Assembly (NCBI GenBank): GCA_963693095.2
Contig: OY843768.1
Span: forward strand, 768,001-832,000
Direction of reading: 5' to 3'
Source of the DNA: Cenarchaeum sp.
GTDB taxonomy: Archaea > Thermoproteota > Nitrososphaeria > Nitrososphaerales > Nitrosopumilaceae
Length of the DNA: 64,000 bases
The notes beneath the pieces are model-generated. The model saw only the letters and a list, made by a program, of their open reading frames with translations, made no database searches and was not told the origin of the DNA. Both the position numbers and the translations under genes were made by a program. Shown piece by piece: positions 9,823 through 19,103 of the stretch (position 1 is the first letter of the stretch; every line of letters begins with the position of its first letter).

Positions 9823-10920
9823 CTAGAGGCGGCGAACCGTCCCAAACATCGTGTCACGCTGGACGGGCGTGCGCCCAATCTCGCGAACCAACGCGCCAAG
9901 CTCGTCAACAGACGAGCCAGTGGACTTGCCGGCTGCCCTGTATATCTCCTCAGAGAACGCGGTCCCGACAAGGTCGTTGCCGCCGTTGGAGAGGGCGACC
10001 TGCGCGAGCTTTTTGCCGTACGCGACCCAATAGACCGAGATGTTGTCTAGCGCGCCGGCGAGCAGGAGGCGCGAGGCGGCCATGACGCGCAGGTCGTATA
10101 TCGAGGAGCACTCGGCAGTCACGTCCCCGTCGCGGACCAGCTCCGTGTTCTCGAGGCTGAACTTTAGCGGGATGAACGTGATAAACCCGCGGGTCCTCTT
10201 TTGGAGCTCGCGCACGCGCAAGAGGTGGTCGACTATATGCTCGGGCCGCTCGACGTGCCCATAGAGCATCGTCACGTTGCTCCTTATGCCCTGCCTGTGC
10301 GCCTCCTCGACTGTGTCAAGCCACTCTTGGCCGCTGCACTTGCCGCGCACGACCCTCTTGCGCACGTCCGGATGCAGGATCTCGGCGCCCCCGCCGGGAA
10401 GCGTGTCAAGGCCGGCGTCCTTTAGCCTCGAGAGAATCTCGCGCACGCTCACCCTTGTGAGGGCCGAGAGGTAGAATATCTCAGCGGCCGTGAACGCCTT
10501 TATATGCATGGCCGGCTGGCTCTTTTTTATCGAGCGGAGCATCTCCTCATAGTACTCGAGTGGGAGCTTTGGGTGAAACCCGCCGACAATGTGGACCTCT
10601 GTTGCGCCCATGCCCCGCGCCGCCGAGACGCGCGCAGTTATCTGCTCGGCGCTAAGCGTGTACGCGTCATCATCGCCGGCCTTGCGGTAGAACGCGCACA
10701 TTTGGCAGCTCGCAGCGCAGACGTTGGTATAGTTCATGTAGTAGGATGCGGCAAACGTCACGTCATCTCCCACGCTCCGGCGGCGGACCTCGTCGGCGAC
10801 GGCGCCGACCATGTGCAGGTTTTCAAGCGAGAATATCTCCATGCCGTCCTCGGCGTCAAGCTCCTCGCCCGCAAGGGCCCGCTCAAGCGCGCGTGACTTG
10901 CCCACTAGGCTCTCTAGCAC
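9823..10920 (-). CDS. CofH/MqnC/MqnE-family radical SAM protein (most like aminofutalosine synthase MqnE)
   Basis: NYTNVCAASCQMCAF (CxxxCxxC), HIKAFTAAEI, LPGGGAEI, MLYGHVE; GTG start chosen downstream of TATA at ~10942-10949. Confidence 0.85.
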   Translation of the reverse strand: MLESLVGKSRALERALAGEELDAEDGMEIFSLENLHMVGAVADEVRRRSVGDDVTFAASYYMNYTNVCAASCQMCAFYRKAGDDDAYTLSAEQITARVSAARGMGATEVHIVGGFHPKLPLEYYEEMLRSIKKSQPAMHIKAFTAAEIFYLSALTRVSVREILSRLKDAGLDTLPGGGAEILHPDVRKRVVRGKCSGQEWLDTVEEAHRQGIRSNVTMLYGHVERPEHIVDHLLRVRELQKRTRGFITFIPLKFSLENTELVRDGDVTAECSSIYDLRVMAASRLLLAGALDNISVYWVAYGKKLAQVALSNGGNDLVGTAFSEEIYRAAGKSTGSSVDELGALVREIGRTPVQRDTMFGTVRRL

Positions 10921-11123
10921 AAGGGTGCGCACCACACGGGCAAATATAACGCTTGAGCGCACAGCCGTCGTGCGCCACCTGCGCGCAAATGCTGGGAAAT
11001 CACGGCACCATGTGCGCCATGGCGCCGCCAGAGAGCTTAATCGCGCAGGGCCCGCATCAGGCCCACAGTCCGCTGCCCTGGGCAGGCTATATCATATATA
11101 GCAGGGCAGCGTGGAATTCGTGC

Positions 11124-11732
11124 ATGACGTCGCCCTATTGGAGAGCGCACGGGGACCCGCCAATAGTAGTGGGGACTGCGGCGACCACGATATATATGCT
11201 AGGCATCATACTGGCCATAGCAAGGGTCACCGGAATCGTGCACGATGTCGGATCGTTTGGCGCCGTCATTGGGACCATGGCGTTGGGGTTTATGGTCTAC
11301 ATATTTGTGAATAGCACAACGCGCGACAACAAGGCCGAGCGGGGCAGAGAGTATGAATTGAGGGAGGCTGACAGTGAAAACATCAGTCGATTAACACACA
11401 TAATCAACCAGTGTGAGATATCGCTGCTAAAATTAGAGCAGCATAAAGAAACACCCAGGGAGAGATCAGTCATGGAGTTACAATATGTGCGAGGCCAGAC
11501 AGATGATATTGTAAAAAATTATGAAAAGTATTTGAGTCCAGAAGGTCGAAAACTAGTCGGAATCATTAAGGACATAATCGACGAGATGAGGTTTAACGGC
11601 CATGCAGGAAATACACGAATGGATGACGCGATTAAAAATATAGTACAATTAAAACAACACGTAATAGATGTGGATGATCATGTGCTCAAAAGCATCAGAG
11701 AGTCAACCATGCACGGAACGCCAAATCAGTAG
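11124..11732 (+). CDS. 2-TM membrane protein with helical C-terminal domain (copy 1, 202 aa)
   Basis: MTSPYW start after TATA-like ctatatcatatatag; two hydrophobic segments then a charged helical region; intact paralog at 16173. Confidence 0.75.
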   Translation: MTSPYWRAHGDPPIVVGTAATTIYMLGIILAIARVTGIVHDVGSFGAVIGTMALGFMVYIFVNSTTRDNKAERGREYELREADSENISRLTHIINQCEISLLKLEQHKETPRERSVMELQYVRGQTDDIVKNYEKYLSPEGRKLVGIIKDIIDEMRFNGHAGNTRMDDAIKNIVQLKQHVIDVDDHVLKSIRESTMHGTPNQ

Positions 11733-11759
11733 AGAGGCAGATTCGCGCCCAACTGCGCA

Positions 11760-12320
11760 TTAGCGCATATAGCCCAACCGGAGCAGCTCGTCATAAATTT
11801 GCTCTACCTGTTTTTTTGTGTAGGTTGGTTTTGTGGACGCAACGTATTTGGGCAATTCTGCTCCAACAATCCTATACTTAAGTTCGACAAGAATTAGCCT
11901 ACTTGCAATTTCAAGCCAAGTGAGATCATGCGTATGCATAAACTGTAAAAATTCGTCCATGCGAGGCCAATAGGCAATATCCCTGGAATCCGCCTCAGAT
12001 ATGTCAGGCAAGACATAATAGTCGCTGGCAAGTTCCGGGGAATATGGCCCATAATCAAAAAGGCCATGGCCATAGGTAAATGCCAGACCAAACACATTTT
12101 GGGCAAAATAGACATACAGTTGGATTTTGATGCGTTCGCTTTCTGACGCATCTCTGGGGTTTTTGTCGCAGTCGATCAATTTGTGCTCAAGAAGGAGCTT
12201 GAGGAGCGGAGCCGTGTTGGGATCGGCAACTAGCGGGTCGTTCAAAAAATCCGGTATCTCCAACGGGGCACGCTCAACTGCTGTTCCATATGCCGCAGGA
12301 ATCATGCTATGGCACCCCAC
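11760..12320 (-). CDS. Panacea/SocA (DUF4065)/YwgA-like helical protein, paralog 1
   Basis: RIKIQLYVYFAQ...YGPYSPELASDYY resembles the KLQKLxY...GPYS signature; six intact paralogs. Confidence 0.7.
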   Translation of the reverse strand: MGCHSMIPAAYGTAVERAPLEIPDFLNDPLVADPNTAPLLKLLLEHKLIDCDKNPRDASESERIKIQLYVYFAQNVFGLAFTYGHGLFDYGPYSPELASDYYVLPDISEADSRDIAYWPRMDEFLQFMHTHDLTWLEIASRLILVELKYRIVGAELPKYVASTKPTYTKKQVEQIYDELLRLGYMR

Positions 12321-12469
12321 TGACCCAGGCTGCTCTCCTCGCCGTCATGACTTGGCAGAGTGGCTTAAATGATTTAACTGTTTTTGGAATTCCACGCGCG
12401 AGAATCTAGCATTCCTGCCCATTTTGGTCAAATGGGCGCGATCCTGCCGATCCGTTTACCGCGGCTACG

Positions 12470-12770
12470 CCCGCCGTGGGGGGGGGGGGGTGCCGTGGCC
12501 AGGCTCCGCCGTGCCCTGCCGCGAATGTTCGCGTTCTGCACGTCGGCGCCGAGCCCACGAACGGCGCCTCTGAGAGGGCGCTGCTGCACGGGGCCGTGCG
12601 CCGCAAGACAGGCGGCCAGCTCAAGTGGGGCGCCGCCCCGGCCGAGCGTATGTCGACCACCCCGGCATGCCTCTTCACGTGGAAGGCCACGGGGAAGAGC
12701 GTGGCCGGGGAGGTCATGCTAGCGATCCGGGTGCTGACCCCATGCCCAGTATTAGCCACAAAGGAGACAA
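12470..12770 (+). mobile_element. IS66-family transposase C-terminal remnant
   Basis: GAEPTNGASERALLHGAVRRK resembles IS66 TnpC V(E/P)PTNNxAERALRxxVxxRK; no intact transposase. Confidence 0.65.
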
Positions 12771-12925
12771 CTGGCGAGATTATGTTTAACGGCCATGCGG
12801 GAAATACACTCATGGATGACGCGATTAAAAAGATCGGCCAGCTAAATCAACACGTGAGGGATGTGGATGATCAAAAGCTCAAAAGAACCAGAGAGACGAC
12901 CATGCACGGGACGCCAGATCAGTAG
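12771..12925 (+). pseudogene. 3' fragment of the 2-TM gene
   Basis: EIMFNGHAGNTLMDDAIKKIGQLNQHVRDVDDQ... matches the C-terminus of 11124-11732. Confidence 0.75.
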
Positions 12926-12950
12926 AGGCAGATTCGCGCCCAACTGCGCA

Positions 12951-13511
12951 TTAGCGCATATAGCCCGACTGGAGCAGCTCGTCATAAACTTGCTCCACCT
13001 GTTTTTTTGTGTAGGTTGGTTTTGTGGACGCAACGTATTTGGGCAATTCTGCTCCAACAATCCTATCGCGGAATTCAACATGAATTAGCGTACTTGCAAT
13101 TTCAAGCCAAGTGAGATCATGCGAATGCGCAAACTGTAAAAATTCGTCCTTGCGAGACCAATAGGCAATATACTGGGAATCCGCCTCAGATATGTCAGGC
13201 AAAAGACGATAGTCACTGGCAAGTCCCGGAGAATGTGCCCCATGTCTAAAAAGCACATGATAATAGCTGAATGCCAGATCAAACACATTTTGGGCAAAAT
13301 AGACATACAGTTGGATTTTGATGCGGTCGTTTTCTGAGGCATCTCTGGGGTTTTTGCCACAGTCGATCAATTTGTGCTCAAAGAGGAGCTTGAGGAACGA
13401 GGCCGTGTTGGGATCGGGAATTTGCGGATCACTCAAAATACCCGGCATGTCTGCCATGGCACGCTCGGATACTGCACCATATGCCGTGGAAGCCATGCTA
13501 TAGCACCCCAC
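12951..13511 (-). CDS. Panacea/YwgA-like protein, paralog 2
   Basis: Colinear 186-codon paralog; motif variant RHGAHSPGLASDY. Confidence 0.7.
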   Translation of the reverse strand: MGCYSMASTAYGAVSERAMADMPGILSDPQIPDPNTASFLKLLFEHKLIDCGKNPRDASENDRIKIQLYVYFAQNVFDLAFSYYHVLFRHGAHSPGLASDYRLLPDISEADSQYIAYWSRKDEFLQFAHSHDLTWLEIASTLIHVEFRDRIVGAELPKYVASTKPTYTKKQVEQVYDELLQSGYMR

Positions 13512-13649
13512 AGACACAGTCTGCTCGCCGCGTCACCATGACTCGGCAGAATGGCCCAAATGATTTAACTGTTATTGGAATTCCACGCGCGGGAATCGGG
13601 CATTCCTGCCCATTTTGGCCAAATGGGCGCGATCCTGCCGATCCATCTG

Positions 13650-13963
13650 CCGCGGTGGCGCCCGCCGGGGCGCGCCGTGCCCGGGCTCCGCTGCGCCCTG
13701 CCGCGAATGTTCGCGTTCTGCACGTCGGCGTCGAGCCCACGAACGGCGCCTCCGAGAGGGCGCTGCGGCACGGGGCCGTGCGCCGCAAGACAGGCGGCCA
13801 GCGCAAGTGGGGCGCCGCCTCGGCCGAGCGCATGTCGACTACCCCAGCATGTCTCTTCACGTGGAAGGCCACGTGAAAGGCCACGGGGAAGGGCGGGCCG
13901 TAGAGGCCATGCGCGCGATCCGGGTGCTGACCCCATGCCCAGTATTAGCCACAAAGGAGACAA
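13650..13963 (+). mobile_element. IS66-family transposase remnant
   Basis: GVEPTNGASERALRHGAVRRKTGG. Confidence 0.65.
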
Positions 13964-14118
13964 CTGGCGAGATTATGTTTAAAGGCCATGCGGGAAATAC
14001 ACTCATGGATGACGCGATTAAAAAGATCGGCCAGCTAAATCAACACGTGAGGGATGTGGATGATCAAGAGCTCAAAAGAACCAGAGAGACGACCATGCAC
14101 GGGACGCCAGATCAGTAG
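13964..14118 (+). pseudogene. 3' fragment of the 2-TM gene
   Basis: EIMFKGHAGNTLMDDAIKK...MHGTPDQ. Confidence 0.75.
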
Positions 14119-14143
14119 AGGCAGATTCGCGCCCAACTGCGCA

Positions 14144-14704
14144 TTAGCGCATATAGCCCAACCGGAGCAGCTCGTCATAAACTTGCTCTACCTGTTTTTT
14201 CGTGTAGGTTGGTTTTGTGGACGCAACGTATTTGGGCAATTCTGCTCCAACAATCCCATACTTGAGTTCAACAAGAATTAGCCTACTTGCAATTTCAAGC
14301 CAAGTGAGATCATGCGAATGCGCAAACTGTAAAAATTCGTCCATGCGAGGCCAATAGGCAATATCCAGGGAATCCGCCTCAGATATGTCAGGCAAAACAT
14401 AATAGTCGCTGGCAAGTTCAGGGGAATACGGCCCATAATCAAAAAGGCCATGGCCGTAGGTAAATTCCAGACCAAACACATTTTGGGCAAAAAAGACATA
14501 CAGTTGGATTTTGACGCGTTCGTTTTCTGACGCATCTCTGGGGTTTTTGTCACAGTCGATCAATTTGTGCTCAAAAAGGAGCTTGAGGAGTGGAGCAGTG
14601 TTGGGATCGGCAAGTAGCGGATCTTTCAAAAAATCTGGTATCTCCAACGGGGCACGTTCATGTATTACCCCATATGACGCAGGAATCATGCTATGGCACC
14701 CCAC
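14144..14704 (-). CDS. Panacea/YwgA-like protein, paralog 3
   Basis: Colinear paralog, GTG at 14704; YGPYSPELASDYY. Confidence 0.7.
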   Translation of the reverse strand: MGCHSMIPASYGVIHERAPLEIPDFLKDPLLADPNTAPLLKLLFEHKLIDCDKNPRDASENERVKIQLYVFFAQNVFGLEFTYGHGLFDYGPYSPELASDYYVLPDISEADSLDIAYWPRMDEFLQFAHSHDLTWLEIASRLILVELKYGIVGAELPKYVASTKPTYTKKQVEQVYDELLRLGYMR

Positions 14705-14844
14705 TGACCCAGTATGCTCGCCGCGTCGCCATGCTCCAGCAGAATTACCCAAATGATTTAACCGTTTTTGGAATTCCACGCGCGGGAATCGGGCATTCCT
14801 GCCCATTTTGGCCAAATAGACGCGATCCTGTCGATCCATTTACC

Positions 14845-15155
14845 GCGGTGGCGCCCGCCGGGGCGCGCCGTGGCCAGGCTCCACTGCGCCCTGCCGCGAA
14901 TGTTCGCGTTCTGCACGTCGGCGTCGAGCCCACGAACGGCGCCGCCGAGAGGGCGCTGCGGCACGGGGCCGTGCGCCGCAAGGCAGGCGGCCAGCGCAAG
15001 TGGAGCGACGTCTCGGCCGAGTGCATGTCGACCACCCCAGCATGTCTCTTCACGTGGAAGGCCACGTGAAAGGCCACGGGGAAGGGCGGGCCGTAGAGGC
15101 CATGCGCGCGATCCGGGTGCTGCCCCCATACCCAGTATTAGCCATAAGGAGACAA
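14845..15155 (+). mobile_element. IS66-family transposase remnant
   Basis: GVEPTNGAAERALRHGAVRRKAGG. Confidence 0.65.
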
Positions 15156-15308
15156 CCGATGAGATGATGTTTAACGGCCATGCGGGAAACACACTCATGG
15201 ATGACGCGATTAAAAAGATCGGCCAGCTAAATCAACACGTAAGGAATGTGGATGATCAAGAGCTCAAAGGGATCAAAGTCGACCATGCATGGAACGCCAA
15301 ATCAGTAA
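15156..15308 (+). pseudogene. Frameshifted 3' fragment of the 2-TM gene
   Basis: DEMMFNGHAGNTLMDDAIKK...ELK, then shifts frame relative to intact copies. Confidence 0.7.
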
Positions 15309-15335
15309 AGAGGCAGATTCGTGCCCAACTGCGCA

Positions 15336-15896
15336 CTAGCGCATATAGCCCAACCGGAGAAGCTCGTCATAAACTTGTTCTACCTGTTTTTTTGTGTAGG
15401 TTGGTTTTAGGAACGTAACGTGTTTGGGCAAGGCTGTTCCAACAATCCCATCGCGAAATTCAACATGAATTAGCGTACTTGCAATTTCAATCCAAGTGAG
15501 ATCATGCGTATGCGCAAACTGTAAAAATTCGTCCATGCGAGTCCAATAGGCAATATCCCTGGAATCCGCCTCAGATATGTCAGGCAAGAGATAGTAATCG
15601 CTGGCAAGTTGCGGGGAATATGGGCCATGTTCAAAAAGCCCATGGGAGTAGGTAAATGCCAGACCAAACACATTTTTGGCAAAATAGACATACAGTTGGA
15701 TTTTGACGCGTTCGCTTTCTGACGCATCTCTGGGGTTATTGCCACAGTCGATCAATTTGTGCTCAAAAAGGAGCTTGAGGAGTGGAGCCGTGTTGGGATC
15801 GGCAACGCGCGGATCGTTCAAAAAAGAGTCCAAGTCCGTCGTGGCACGCTCGGATACTGTGCCATATGCCGCGGAAACCATGCTATGGCACCCCAC
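15336..15896 (-). CDS. Panacea/YwgA-like protein, paralog 4
   Basis: Colinear paralog; EHGPYSPQLASDYY. Confidence 0.7.
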   Translation of the reverse strand: MGCHSMVSAAYGTVSERATTDLDSFLNDPRVADPNTAPLLKLLFEHKLIDCGNNPRDASESERVKIQLYVYFAKNVFGLAFTYSHGLFEHGPYSPQLASDYYLLPDISEADSRDIAYWTRMDEFLQFAHTHDLTWIEIASTLIHVEFRDGIVGTALPKHVTFLKPTYTKKQVEQVYDELLRLGYMR

Positions 15897-16172
15897 AGAC
15901 CCAGTATGCTCCCCGCGTCACCATGACTCAGCAGAGTGGCCTAAATAATTTAACCGTTTTTGGAATTCCACGCGCGGGAATCGGGCATTCCTGCCTGTTT
16001 TGGCCAAATGGACGCGATCCCGCCGATCCGTTTACCGCAATGGGGTGGAATTCCAGCCCATGTGCGCCATAGCGCCACCGGAGAGCTTAATCGTGCAAGG
16101 ACCGCATCAGGCCAAAGTCCACGGCTCAGGGCAGGCTATATCATATATAGCCGGGCAGCGTGGAATTCGTGC

Positions 16173-16781
16173 ATGACGTCGCCCTATTGGAGAACGCACG
16201 GCGACCCGCCAATAGTCGTGGGGACTGCGGCGACGACGATATACATACTAGGCATCATACTGGCCATAGCAAGGGTCACCGGAATCGTGCACGACGTTGG
16301 ATCGTTTGGCGCCGTCATTGGGACCATGGCGCTGGGGTTTATGCTCTACATATTTGTGAATAGCACAACGCGCGACAACAAGGCCGAGCGGGGCAAAGAG
16401 TATGAATTGAGGGAGGCTGACAGTGAAAACATCAGTAGATTAACACGCATGATCAAGCAGTGTGCGATAACGCTGCAAAAATTAGATCAACATAAAGAAA
16501 TATTCAAAAAAAGACCGGACATGGCAATACAACACCTGTTAGGACTGATAGACGATATTTCAACAAATTATGAAAAGTATTTGAGTCTAGAAGGCCGGAA
16601 ACTATTCGAAATTATTAGGGACACAATTGACGAGATGATGTTTAACGGCCATGCAGGAAATACACGTACGGACGATATGATTAAAAAGATCGATCAGCTG
16701 AATCAACATATAAGGGATGTGGATGATCAAGAGCTCAAAAGAAACAGAGAGTCGATCATGCACGGAACGGAAAATCAGTAG
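16173..16781 (+). CDS. 2-TM membrane protein (copy 2, 202 aa)
   Basis: N-terminal half near-identical to copy 1, divergent central/C-terminal helices, same upstream element. Confidence 0.75.
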   Translation: MTSPYWRTHGDPPIVVGTAATTIYILGIILAIARVTGIVHDVGSFGAVIGTMALGFMLYIFVNSTTRDNKAERGKEYELREADSENISRLTRMIKQCAITLQKLDQHKEIFKKRPDMAIQHLLGLIDDISTNYEKYLSLEGRKLFEIIRDTIDEMMFNGHAGNTRTDDMIKKIDQLNQHIRDVDDQELKRNRESIMHGTENQ

Positions 16782-16804
16782 AGGCAGATTCGTGCAACTG
16801 CGCA

Positions 16805-17365
16805 TTAGCGCATATAGCCCAACTGGAGCAGCTCGTCATAAATTTGCTCTACCTGTTTTTTTGTGTAGGTTGGTTTTAAGGTAGCAACGTATTTGGGCAA
16901 TTCTGGTCCAACAATCCTATCGCGAAATTCAATATGAATTAGCCTACTTGCAATTTCAAGCCAAGTGAGATCATGCGTATGCGCAAACTGTAAAAATTCG
17001 TCCATGCGAGACCAATAGGCAATATCCTGGGAATCCGCCTCAGATATGTCAGGCAAGAGATAGTAATCACGTGCAAGTTGCGGGGAATGTGGCCCATGTT
17101 CAAAAAGCCCATAGCGATAGGTAAATGCCAGATTAAACACATTTTGGGCAAAAAAGAAATACAGTTGGATTTTGATGCGTTCGCTTTCTGACGCATCTCT
17201 GGGGTTTTTGTCACAGTTGATCAATTTGTGCTCAAAAAGGAGCTTGAGGAGCGGAGCCGTGTTGGGATCGGCAACGAACGGATCGTTCAAAAAAGAGTCC
17301 AAGTCCGCCATGGCACGCTCGGATACTGTACCATATGCAGTGGAAGCCATGCTATGGCACCCCAC
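16805..17365 (-). CDS. Panacea/YwgA-like protein, paralog 5
   Basis: Colinear paralog; EHGPHSPQLARDYY. Confidence 0.7.
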   Translation of the reverse strand: MGCHSMASTAYGTVSERAMADLDSFLNDPFVADPNTAPLLKLLFEHKLINCDKNPRDASESERIKIQLYFFFAQNVFNLAFTYRYGLFEHGPHSPQLARDYYLLPDISEADSQDIAYWSRMDEFLQFAHTHDLTWLEIASRLIHIEFRDRIVGPELPKYVATLKPTYTKKQVEQIYDELLQLGYMR

Positions 17366-17509
17366 AGACCCAGTCTGCTCGCCGCGTCACCATGACTCAG
17401 CAGAGTGGCCCAAATGATTTAACTGTTTTTGGAAATCCACGCGCTGGAATCGGGCATACCTGCCCATTTTGGCCAAACGGGCGCGATTCTGCCGATCCGT
17501 TTACTGCAA

Positions 17510-17810
17510 CGGCGCCCGCCGGGGCGTGCCGTGGCCAGGCTCCGCCGCGCCCTGCCGCGAATGTTCGCGTTCTGCGAGCACGTCGGCGTCAAGCCCACGA
17601 ACGGCGTCGCCGAGAGGGCACTGCGGCACGGGGTCGTGCGCCGCAAGACAGGCGGCCAGCTCAAGTGGGGCGCCGTCTCGGCCGAGCGCATGTCAACCAC
17701 CCCGGCATGCCTCTTCACGTGGAGGGCCACGGGGAAGAGGGGGCCGTAGAGGCCATGCGCGCGTCCCAAGTGCTGACCACATGCCCAGTATTAGCCATAA
17801 GGAAGACAAC
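17510..17810 (+). mobile_element. IS66-family transposase remnant
   Basis: MFAFCEHVGVKPTNGVAERALRHGVVRRKTGG, the least eroded copy. Confidence 0.7.
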
Positions 17811-17963
17811 CGGCGAGATGATGTTTGATGACCATGTAGGAAATACATGAATGTGTGTGGCGATTAAAAATATAGAGCGATGAAATCAACATGTAGCGGA
17901 TGGGGTGATCAAGAGCTCAGGGGGATCAGAGAGTCGATCACGCACGGAACGCCAAAACAGTAG
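17811..17963 (+). pseudogene. Degraded 3' fragment of the 2-TM gene
   Basis: Homologous DNA with premature stops. Confidence 0.65.
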
Positions 17964-17988
17964 AGGCATATTCGCGCCCAACTGCGCA

Positions 17989-18549
17989 TTAGCGCATATA
18001 GCCCAACAGGAGTAGCTCTTCATAAATTTGCGCTACCTGTTCTTTTGTGTAGGTTGGTTTTAAGGTCGCAACGTATTTGGGCAATTCTGGTCCAACAATC
18101 CTATCGCGAAATTCAACATGAATTAGCGTGCTTGCAATTTCAAGCCAAGTGAGATCATGCGCATGCACAAACTGTAAAAATTCGTCCTTACGAAGCCAAT
18201 AGTCAATCTTCTGGGAATCCGCCTCAGATATGTCAGGCATGACATAATAGTCGCTGTTAAGTCCCATGGAGTATGGCCCATGTTCAAAAAGCCCATGGCG
18301 ATAGGTAAATGCCAGACCAAACACATTTTGGGCAAAATAGACATACAGTTGGATTTTGATGCGTTCGTGTTCTGACGCATCCCTGGGGTTTTTGTCACAG
18401 TCGATCAATTTGTGCTCAAAAAGGAGCTTGAGAAGCGGAGCCGTGTCGGGATCGGCAACGTGCGGATCTTTCAAAAAATCTGGTATCTCCAACGGGGCAC
18501 GCTCATGTATTACCCCATATGACGCAGGAATCATGCTATTGCACCCCAC
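17989..18549 (-). CDS. Panacea/YwgA-like protein, paralog 6
   Basis: Colinear paralog, GTG at 18549; EHGPYSMGLNSDYY. Confidence 0.7.
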   Translation of the reverse strand: MGCNSMIPASYGVIHERAPLEIPDFLKDPHVADPDTAPLLKLLFEHKLIDCDKNPRDASEHERIKIQLYVYFAQNVFGLAFTYRHGLFEHGPYSMGLNSDYYVMPDISEADSQKIDYWLRKDEFLQFVHAHDLTWLEIASTLIHVEFRDRIVGPELPKYVATLKPTYTKEQVAQIYEELLLLGYMR

Positions 18550-18857
18550 TGACCCAGTATGCTCGCCGCGTCGCCATGCTCCAGCAGAATTACCCAAATG
18601 ATTTAACTGTTTTTGGAATTCCACGCGCGGGAATAGGGCATTTCTGCCCATTAGGGCAAGGCAGCAGATCCTCGTGCGCCTGCCCCACGGCCCGTAGACA
18701 CGCCCGCCACGCCCCGGCCAATGCGCGACGTGGCCGCAGGCAGGATCACGGGAGGCCCGAGGCGGCCGCACGGATCACCCTGGCGGCCCCACGCCATGCC
18801 AAGATCACGCGAGTCGCGCCGCAAGCAAGATATGTGCCTGTGCGGCGCAGTCATGCG

Positions 18858-19103
18858 ATGAGCGCAAACACGATCAAAAAGGCCAAGAGGCTCGTAGAGT
18901 CTGGCAGCGTGGCCAAGATCGAGGACGACATCTACCAGGTCAGGTCATCGAGTGACGCATCAAAGTCGTACATTGTTGACGGCGAGTCGTGTGACTGTCC
19001 CGGATACGCCAACTTTTACAAGTTTCACGGCGGCAAGGGGATAAAGGCAAACTGTTCGCACCTAGAGGCAGTCAGGCTGTTCCGAGGCGACGAGAAAGCC
19101 TAG
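18858..19103 (+). CDS. SWIM zinc-finger protein
   Basis: MSANTIKKAKRL...YIVDGESCDCPG...NCSHLEAV (CxC...CxH). Confidence 0.8.
   Translation: MSANTIKKAKRLVESGSVAKIEDDIYQVRSSSDASKSYIVDGESCDCPGYANFYKFHGGKGIKANCSHLEAVRLFRGDEKA

Larger units (their letters stand above)
11008..18650. repeat. Tandem gene array, six units of ~1.19 kb (one 1.47 kb)
   Basis: Paralog stop codons at 11760, 12951, 14144, 15336, 16805, 17989; intergenic blocks conserved between units. Confidence 0.95.

Noticed and set aside
12384-17850. 100-270 aa ORFs spanning the IS66 remnants
   Set aside because: Frames and lengths differ between repeat units; chimeric read-through of decayed sequence
11760-18549. Diversity-generating retroelement behind paralog variation
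   Set aside because: No reverse transcriptase or template/variable repeat pair seen; variation is block-mosaic and not evidently adenine-specific
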